Source: Lingula anatina (Eukaryota > Animalia > Brachiopoda). From it: 64,000 nt of DNA. The position numbers were made by a program, and so were the translations under genes. Below are positions 54,101 to 64,000 of the stretch, piece after piece; position 1 is the stretch's first letter, and the number at the start of each line of letters is the position of its first letter. The notes under the pieces were generated by a model. It ran no database searches. It was not told the DNA's origin and was given only the letters and a program-made list of their open reading frames with translations. Location: positions 11,966,001 to 12,030,000 of the forward strand of contig CM120642.1 in assembly GCA_051362555.1 (NCBI GenBank), in the 5' to 3' direction.

Positions 54101-57100
54101 GACACCACTAAAGCGAGTACTGATGCAGAAACAACTGGTACAACAACTGCAGCTGAAACCACAAGTCCCACCAGTGGAGCTGCAACTTCTGGTACATCCC
54201 ATGCAGTAGACACCACTAGTGCGAGTACTGATGCAGAAACAACTGCTACAACAAATGCAGCTGAAACCACCAGTCCTACCAGTGGGTCTGCAACTTCTGG
54301 TACATCCCATGAAGTAGACACCACTAAAGCGAGTACTGATGCAGAAACAACGGGTACAACAACTGCAGCTGAAACCACAAGGACTACAAAAAGAGGTGAA
54401 ACTACTGGCACATCCATTGCAGTAGATACCGCTAGTACAATTATGAATGCAGAAACAACTGGTACTACAACTGCAGCTGAAACCACAAGTCCTACCAGTG
54501 GATCTGCAACTTCTGGTACATCCCATGCAGTAGACATCACTAGTGCGAGAACTGATGCAGAAACAACTGCTACAACAAATGCAGCTGAAACCAGAAATCC
54601 TACCAGTGGATCTGCAACTTCTGGTACATCCTATGCAGTAGACATTACCAGTGCGAGTACTGATGCAGAAACAACTGGTACAACAACTGCAGCTGAAACC
54701 ACAAGTCCTACCAGTGGATCTGCAACTTCTGGTACATCCTATGCAGTAGACATTACCAGTGCGAGTACTGATGCAGAAACAACTGGTACAACAACTGCAG
54801 CTGAAACCACAAGTCCTACCAGTGGATCTGCAACTTCTGGTACATCCCATGAAGTAGACACCACTAAAGCGAGTACTGATGCAGAAACAACGGGTACAAC
54901 TGCAGCTGAAACCACAAGTCCCACCAGTGGAGCTGCAACTTCTGGTACATCCCATGCAGAAGACATTACTAGTGCGAGTACTGATGCAGAAACAACTGGT
55001 ACAACAACTGCAGCTGAAACCACCAGTCCTACCAGTGGATCTGCAACTTCTGGTACATCCCATGCAGTAGACACCACTAGTGCGAGTACTGATGCAGAAA
55101 CAACTGCTACAACAACTGCAGCTGAAACCACAAGTCCCACCAGTGGACCTGGAACTTCTGGTACATCCCATGCAGTAGACACCACTAGTACGGGTACTGA
55201 TGCAGAAACAACGGCTACAACAAATGCAGCTGAAACCAGAAATCCAACCAGTGGATCTGCAACTTCTGGTACATCCCATGCAGTAGACACCACTAGTGCG
55301 AGTACTGATGCAGAAACAACTGCTACAACAAATGCAGCTGAAACCACCAGTCCTACCAGTGGGTCTGCAACTTCTGGTACATCCCATGAAGTAGACACCA
55401 CTAAAGCGAGTACTGATGCAGAAACAACGGGTACAACAACTGCAGCTGAAACCACAAGGACTACAAAAAGAGGTGAAACTACTGGCACATCCATTGCAGT
55501 AGATACCGCTAGTACAATTATGAATGCAGAAACAACTGGTACTACAACTGCAGCTGAAACCACAAGTCCTACCAGTGGATCTGCAACTTCTGGTACATCC
55601 CATGCAGTAGACATCACTAGTGCGAGAACTGATGCAGAAACAACTGCTACAACAAATGCAGCTGAAACCAGAAATCCTACCAGTGGATCTGCAACTTCTG
55701 GTACATCCCATGCAGTAGACATTACCAGTGCGAGTACTGATGCAGAAACAACTGGTACAACAACTGCAGCTGAAACCACAAGTCCTACCAGTGGATCTGC
55801 AACTTCTGGTACATCCCATGAAGTAGACACCACTAAAGCGAGTACTGATGCAGAAACAACGGGTACAACAACTGCAGCTGAAACCACAAGTCCCACCAGT
55901 GGAGCTGCAACTTCTGGTACATCCCATGCAAAAGACATTACTAGTGCGAGTACTGATGCAGAAACAACTGGTACAACAACTGCAGCTGAAGCCACAAGTC
56001 CTACCAGTGGATCTGCAACTTCTGGTACATCCCATGAAGTAGACACCACTAAAGCGAGTACTGATGCAGAAACAACTGGTACAACAACTGCAGCTGAAAC
56101 CACAAGTCCCACCAGTGGAGCTGCAACTTCTGGTACATCCCATGCAGTAGACACCACTAGTGCGAGTACTGATGCAGAAACAACTGCTACAACAAATGCA
56201 GCTGAAACCACCAGTCCTACCAGTGGGTTTGCAACTTCTGGTACATCCCATGAAGTAGACACCACTAAAGCGAGTACTGATGCAGAAACAACGGGTACAA
56301 CAACTGCAGCTGAAACCACAAGGACTACAAAAAGCGGTGAAACTACTGGCACATCCATTGCAGTAGATACCGCTAGTACAATTATGAATGCAGAAACAAC
56401 TGGTACTACAACTGCAGCTGAAACCACAAGTCCTACCAGTGGATCTGCAACTTCTGGTACATCCCATGAAATAGACACCACTAAAGCAAGTACTGATGCA
56501 GAAACAATGGGTACAACAACTGCAGCTGAAACCACAAGTCCTACCAGTGGATCTGCAACTTCTGGTACATCCCATGAAATAGACACCACTAAAGCGAGTA
56601 CTGATGCAGAAACAACTGGTACTACAACTGCAGCTGAAACCACAAGTCCTACCAGTGGACCCAGAACTTCTGGTACATCCCATGAAGTAGATACCACTAG
56701 TACGGGTACTGATGCAGAAACAAGGGGTACAACAACTGCAGCTGAAACCACAAGTCCTGCCAGTGGACCTGGAACTTCTGGTACATCCCATGAAGTAGAC
56801 ACCACTAAAGCGAGTACTGATACAGAAACAATGGGTACAGCCACTGCAGCTGAAACCACAAGTCCTACCACAAGAGCTGAAACTACTGGTACCAGTTCTG
56901 ATGCAGAAACCACTGGTTATGCTATTGCATCTGAAACAACAAGTTCTTCCAGAAAAACTGAAACTACTGGTACATTCATTGCAGTAGACACCGCTAGTAC
57001 TGTTATGGATGCAGAAACAACTGGAACAACCACTGCAGCTGAAACCACAAGTCCTACCAGTGGAACTGCAACTCCTGGTACATCCCATGCAGTATACACC

Positions 57101-60100
57101 ACCAGTACAAGTACTGATGCAGAAACAACTAGAACAATCACTACAGCTGAAACCACAAGTACTACCAGTGGAGCTGCAACCTCTGGCACATCCCATGCAG
57201 TAAACACCACTAGTGCGAGTACTGATGCAGAAACAATGGGTACAGCCACTGCAGCTGAAACAACAAGATCCACCAGTGGAGCTGCAACTTCTGGTACATC
57301 CCATGCAGTAGACACCACTAGTACGGGTACTGATGCAGAAACAACTGGTACAACCACTACAGCTGAAACCACAAGCCCTACCAATGGATTTGCAACTTCT
57401 GGTTCATCCAGCACAGTAGACACCACTAGCACTACTATTGATGCAGAAACAACAAGTGTTACCACTAGAGCTGAAACATCTGGTACGCCTGTTACAGTAC
57501 ACGCCACTACCTCTAGTATTGATGCAGAAACAACTGATACAGCCAATGCAGTTGAAACCACTAGTATTACCACTAGTATTAAAACTGGTACAACCGTTGC
57601 GGTAGACACCACTACTTCTAGTATTGACGCAGGAACAAGTGGTAAAACCACCACAGGCGAAACAACCAGCATTACCACCAGAGTTACTGCTACATCTCTT
57701 GCAGTAGATACCGCTAGTACTAGTATTGATGCTGAAGAAACCCGTGCAAGCAATGCAGCTGAAACCACTAGTGCAACTCCTAAAACTACGGGTGCATCCG
57801 TTGCATTTGATACCACTGGTGGTAGTAATGATGCAGAAGCTGGTACTATGACAACTGCTGACACCACAAGCACTGCCATTGGAGTTAAAACTACTGGTAC
57901 ATCCTTTGCAGCAGACACTACTAGTACTAGTATTGATGTAGAATCAACTGGTACAACTGATGCAGGAACAACAAGAATAGTGTCTGATACAGAAACCATT
58001 GTCCGCGATTTGAAAATCACTAGTGCTGTAGATGATACACTGACAACAAGCACAGTCTCTGGTGGAACAATTACAACAGCCCCAAGTCGTGTACCATCTA
58101 GCACAGTCACTGATACAGGCACTTCTAGCACAGTCTCTAATGTAGGGACCACTAGCACAGTATCTGGCACAGAAATAACAAGTACAGGCCCCAATGCAGG
58201 AACAACTAACACAGTCTCTGATTCAACAGCCACTACTGATTCAGCTACGTCTTCTGATACAAAAACAGCTACTTCCACAACCATTACAGATGCTGAAACT
58301 TCTGGCCCCACCACCACTGCTTCCAGTACTACTGAACCAGCAACGACTGCTGATGCAGAAAACTCTGCTGTTCCCACAACATCTGATGCAGAAACCACTG
58401 CTCTAACTAACGCTGCTGTAACAGGCACTGCTTCTAGCGTCATTATTGATGCAGAAACTACTTCCCATACCACTGCTGCTGACATAAAAACCAACACTGT
58501 TACCACGAATGATAATGCAAAATCCAATGCACCAACCACCACCGACCATTTAGAAGCCATTTCTGCTACCACCACTATTGAAACATCTACCACTCTTGAT
58601 GCAGAAGGAGTTGACTTGACCACCACAGTTGATGCATATACCACTACTCCTACCAATGTTAATGAAGGAACCACCACTCCTACCACTGGTACTGATGCAG
58701 AAACCATTCTTACTACCACCAGGGTTGCTGCAGAAACTTCTACCCCTGCTGCTGATGCAGATACCACTGCTCCAACCGACACCACTGCAGAAGGCAGTAC
58801 TGTTTTCACTGCTGTTGATGCAGAAACCACTTCTCCCACCACTAATGCGGCTTCAGAAATCAGCACTGATACCACCATTGTTGTTGAAACTACCACTCTT
58901 GTCCCCACCGCTGATGCGGAAACAATTGTTCCAACCAGCACTGCTGCAGAAGGTACTACCTCTACCACTGATGGGGATGAAGACATTACTGCTCCTACTA
59001 CCACTGCCACAGAAAATGCTTCTCTGTCTACCCCTGCTGATGCAAAAATCAGTACTTCCACCGTTGCTGGTGCAGAAACTAGCACTACTACCACCACCAC
59101 CGCTGCTGTGGAAACCAATAGTCCTTACACCACTGCTGATGAACTTACCACCACCGGTCAGGCAGAAACCGCTTTACCTGCCACTACTGCTGATGCAGGG
59201 AACACTTCATCCATGACCACTGCTGATACAGAAAGGGCTGTTCCTACCACTACAGCTGATGCAGACACCACAAGTCCTAGCAACACTGTTGAAAAAAGAA
59301 CAAATACTTCAACAACCATTGCTGCGGAATCCACTACAGCTACCCACACTGTTGCAGGAACCCCTTCTAAAACCACCACTACTAATACAGAAACCGTTTC
59401 CCCTACCAGCAATGTAGACACCACTGCAACTCCTGCAGAAACCGGAGCAGAAACTGTCTCAAGCAGCAACGCAGGGGATTTCACTACAACTGCCACTCTT
59501 CCGCCTTCCATTCACTCTGGGACAGCAGGTCCTTCCAGCACAGAGGGGTTAGTGAATGGAGTAGTGACATTAAATCCTACACTTGAGTCAGAGAATCAGG
59601 TTAGAGAGACCACAGTCGGGGCCACTTTAGACATCCGCACAGATGCAGGGACAACAGTAGGCACTACGCTTGCTAGAGGTTCACCAGCTTCTAGCGAAGA
59701 AATACTTACAAGTTCAGAAGACAGTTCAACGACGTCGACCACACCTGTTGCTTCCACGGGCTGTGCCTGTCAGACGCCGGAACCGACATCCGATACGGGT
59801 GATATCCGTCTGCTTTTCGTAGATGGTAGGTGAATCACAAATATCTTAATGTCCTTCCGATATGTCAAGTTAATGGAAGTCTATTTAGTTTTTGGTTAAC
59901 TTTGAATTTGATAGTAAGTACAAGCATGTAAGTATGCCGTTTAAAGACTTCGGTAGATGAACTGAAAAAAGGGCCGGGGCAAAGAAAAATAAATTATTTA
60001 CATAAGTCCCCATATTCAGAAAACAAAAAGGACTTTCTTTTAAAACTCCTTTTTCAGGTGAAACAGGAAACCTCCCTGATTTGGCTTTTGGTAAAGCAGC

Positions 60101-61241
60101 GAATCAAAGTTCGACGTACGGGGACGATGTTGCTGCTAATGTTCTGGACGGGGCGGAAAGTACCTGCTCCCGTACCCTGGCAGGTCCTGGGGCGTGGTGG
60201 ATGGTGGACCTCGGCACGGAGGCAACCATTCACAATGTTATCGTGTCTGACGCCCAAACAGGTGATTGTCATTAAGCCCACTCTTTAAGGGAAACAAATG
60301 GTCAGGTGAAGTTAAAGTTACCCTCCCTTTCCCAAGCTTTACGGTGTTCAAGAAATCTCAAAGATATTTTGATTATCTATGTATTCAAATAGATTTAGTT
60401 CTTTTTATTTTACTTATTTTACTTATTACTCTATTTTATTTCATTTTATTTGATCATATTCCATATGTTTCAATTAAATTAGCTTTTTAGAACTCTTGTG
60501 CAATTGTCACTATTTAAATCCACTTCGATTTAGTCTTCACCTATGGCTTGTCTATAATGTGTCCTTTTGCGTGACTGCTTCATGAATATCACCAAAAATA
60601 CAATAATTAGTATGTTCCAGTCAATTGTGAGTGCTATTGAAGTTAAAAGTCTACAGTAGTTCTTTAAGTTTCTAATTTGCAAAAACAGCACCAATTTAAT
60701 CAATTTTATAAGAAAGCTTATTTTGATTATTGTTCCATTTCAGGCGCTTTTCAGGTGCGGGTGGGTTCGTCGTTCGGCAGTGGTGCCTTGATATCGGAAG
60801 AATTTTCTTTCTGTGGTAACTTCCAAGGCACGAATTCCCTGAATGGCACCACAGTGACGTGTGTAGGGCCGATGTGGGGTCGCTACGTGGCTATTTTACC
60901 AGCCAACTCTCAAGACTCGACCTCTGTCAGATTGTGTGAGGTCAGAGTTCAAGGTAATACGCATGACGACTTGAAAGGAGTCTAGTTTTTCGTGTCATCA
61001 ATAGTGGCCTGACTAAAGGGGCGGGACAAAGAGTAGGTGGGAGAGAAGAAAACAGGGTGTTAGTTTTCTCTTTAAAGCTCCTTGGACACGCCACTGTTTG
61101 AAACCTTTTTTCTTTCATTTTATTTTTCCTGTTTCCTCATGTACACTGAATTTTCAAGGAATTAGCGCTCAAGTTCAAGCAGCTAACTTATAGAACCAAA
61201 TTGCCTCTTATGGTTTTAAGTGCATACATGTTACATATTCT

Positions 61242-61293
<52 letters not shown>

Positions 61294-61640
61294 AATATAT
61301 TTTGTTATTACAAACCTGACTTCGTTCGTTAAAGCATATAATGTAAAATGTCATTTATCATAGGATATGCTTCATTTTAGGCCAACCAATAGTCCAGAAC
61401 GCGCTTTTCAAGCGCAAAGGACAAGGTGTCCGCTCTGGCGACATCCTTAAGGTGGCTAACACTAGGATCCTCTCCGAGTGCGGAGTCCTCTGCTTAAACC
61501 ACTACGGCTGTGGCTCTTTCAATGTCAAACCCGTGGGCGCTGGAATCCGCCTGCTTCAATGTGAACTAGTGGCGGGAGAAAAGAACACGGATGAACTGGA
61601 ATCGAGTGAACAGAGTGATTATTACATTCTTGTAAACTAG
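50796..61640 (+). CDS. Secreted mucin-like protein (3067 aa) with C-terminal F-type lectin (FTP) and PAN/apple domains
   Basis: Exons 50796-50856 (signal peptide MFLLLVRLLIQWCLFWGLTC), 51357-59825 (Thr/Ser/Ala-rich), 60058-60261 (LAFGKAANQSST..VLDG..CSRT..WWMVDLG), 60744-60953 (CG..VTC..GRYVAI..LCEVRVQG), 61381-61640 (ECGVLCLNHYGCGSFN..CEL); all phase-1 joins, total 9204 nt. Confidence 0.88.
52170..57460 (+). repeat. Coding tandem repeat, 108 bp / 36 aa (TDAETTGTTTAAETTSPTSGAATSGTSHAVDTTSAS), ~48 copies
   Basis: TGATGCAGAA at 52501, 53041, 54121 (multiples of 108); visible in ORF translation. Confidence 0.92.
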
Positions 61641-64000
61641 CAAACTATTCCAATTTTGTCCCACTACGTCGTTAAGTTTTGTGCTTTGACTGTGATTTTG
61701 CGCTTGAGAATAGCGCTGTAAATGTTTGAGAATACCTTAACATCCGTCCAACAAAATCATGCGCTTAATATTGTGTGATAGGATATTCTTATTTGTAAAG
61801 GTTTATGGTGCAGGCTATCTGTTAGATCTATACCTTGCATTTAAACGGATAAAGGCATGCATTATTCAAGCTCAATAATATTTTTTTCTTCAGATACAAT
61901 GTACATCTGTGAGTTTATTTAAGAAAAAAGAGAAATGTTTCAAGTGTCAACTATTAACTATCTGCAAGAAAAGAAAGGGGTTTATTTGCCTGTGATAAGA
62001 TAGGGGGCCCGTGTTGTCACCAAGCATTTAACATACAGAACATCCTTCTTGAAATCAATATACTTATACGGGTCGATAATACTTAGGATTTGGTCGAAGA
62101 CGAAGTAGATAATTGTGGTATTTGCCAGAAAAGATATTGAAATTAAGAATTAGTATTGCCCTCCATCACGACCCAACAGCTAAAGAATGGATCAACGCCA
62201 AATTGGATATTTTCAAAATAAATCACTTGTGCATTATCTTGGCATTTGAATCACCTCCGGTTAATGGGTTGTGAGAGAAAAATCCTAAATATAACTTTTC
62301 TCTCCGTTTAATTTTTTCTTTCAAATACAGTAAAAAGGTCTTTAATTACTTGGGAAAGTTTCCAGTGCCCATAAAAAGTTTTGTAACATGAGTGAAAACG
62401 CAATTTACCCCACAGTGGGCCTATTAATAACTAGAACGACTTTAAGTGCACAATGGCTACGGGTATTTTTATTTATCTATTGCTAATTATTTCAGCTGTG
62501 TAAATATATCTGTCTACAATAATATGTCACAAGACGTGTCGCGGAGTGTGGCACTGTGCTGTTTTTCAAAGTTCGTTCTACTTACAATGTGCCAATCCTT
62601 AGAATCAGAAAGTTGACTGAAACTTTCGTACATAAAATCTAACACACGTGGCATCGTCTTTCAATCAATTTCTAATTGAGAAGTCATAGGTTCTGCTCTT
62701 AAAACTTATTCTATTGGAACGTGTATGTAACAACGTTGTGATCACTCATATATATTACATAACACTAAATCACTCCCGAGTATCAGTCTACTGGAAACAC
62801 AATGAGCGGAGATTATATGTTTGCTTGAGGAAAGTCATCAACAGTACACTGAAACGTAGAGTGACGCTGACGAACCGAAAGATTTTTTCGGTTACTAAGA
62901 AACTTATAAAATCATTACAAATTCGATATCCCTTTTCGATGGGTTGTTGTACTGAATAATATACAAACTTTGGGCAAGCAAGGATCTTCTTACTCTTAAC
63001 AACAGTCAATATGAGAAAAAGCCAAGAGTAATCTGCGGTGTATCATAGTATAACAATTGTCATTTCAAAATATCTTTTTTGCATTAAGAAAACTAACTGC
63101 TGAAGCAGGATCCATTACACTTAAAGGTGCATATTAAGCAAGTAACTCCATTTACATTTTAAAGCACTGCCACTGAACCTGACCAAATGCCACCATGGTG
63201 TTTTAAATACCTTTACTCATAGAAATGCCAGTTTCGTTACATTATTTTTCCAAAAAAAAAAAAAAATTACACATATATATCTGCATTTATTCTGTGGAAG
63301 AAAAAAAATCAGGTCAAGTTTGCGACCAGAAAATTGAAGAAGGTGAAGTTTTAAAGCCTTTTTCTGCTGCCCGAGAAATTAATTTCGTTTTTCTTTTTTT
63401 TTTTTTGGGGGGGGGGGGATTTTATTTGTTTTGAAAGAAAGTTAAAGTGGTACTCATAAATCTTACAATCGCTTCTTTTGAACCTTTAAACAATCAGCTA
63501 TTGAACAGGTTGATACCGATATGAAACTGACCAAGCGGCACAAGCGCTATGTTGTAATAGATCTTAATACTGACTGGTACTACTTATGTACAGCATTTTA
63601 CACACACACGAGCACATTTATTATACAAATAATCCGAACTATGCTTTTCCTTTTCTTTTGTTGGCCATTTTATAAATTTTTTTTCTCTTCGTCAGCACCC
63701 ATCAGACACGTCATCCCGACGCCGTGACGTCGTTTGACGTAGCTATTACGTCGTGTCTGCTGGGAATGCGTACTATAACATCGTAACGTTCTCTACCCAA
63801 CTACCAACCTCTAACAACATAGACCCCAATCACCTTGAAACCAAAAAATTCCTAAATCTTTTCACATCTAATTGATATATTTGATTTAACAACGCATGAA
63901 GGAAAATAAACAAATAAAATCAAATGAAATAACTGTCGTTTTGGAAATTTTAGGCTCAATGTGTCCGAATATGAAAACTGTCAACTCTAAATTTGATTCT

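Noticed and set aside
52796-57304. Antisense Cys-rich ORFs (360 and 1140 aa, metallothionein/keratin-associated-like)
   Set aside because: Reverse complement of ACA/GCA-rich Thr/Ala codons in a tandem repeat automatically yields TGT/TGC; one stop-free unit propagates through the array. No independent promoter, splice or signal evidence; stranded RNA-seq would be needed to revive it.
51499-59511. Antisense Val-rich hydrophobic ORFs (266-745 aa)
   Set aside because: Shadow frames of the Thr-rich mucin exon.

Overview
AT-rich, intron-rich animal genomic DNA (probably a marine invertebrate; taxon is inference only). By manual splicing I find four apparently complete genes: (1) a minus-strand VIT+VWA (VWA5A-like) gene, ~13794->179, with a degenerate MIDAS site and one U12-type intron; (2) head-to-head with it, DNAJA3/Tid1 (14097-20527) with a likely Tid1-L/Tid1-S-like cassette and alternative last exon at 23751; (3) a ~33-exon xanthine dehydrogenase/aldehyde oxidase family gene (32603-47625) with two consecutive U12 introns, a GC-AG intron and a heavily rewired substrate pocket and NAD site; (4) a 3067-aa secreted mucin-like protein (50796-61640): signal peptide, CxC, an 8.5-kb Thr-rich exon with 108-bp repeats, CxC, F-type lectin domain lacking the fucose triad, PAN/apple domain. 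Between genes lie a 2.4-kb TA-flanked TIR element, a 3.7-kb Helentron/HINE-like element carrying a 146-bp satellite organised in 1031-bp higher-order repeats with perfect DR1 motifs, and several MITEs. All exon boundaries were read by eye and need RNA confirmation; no database searches were run.
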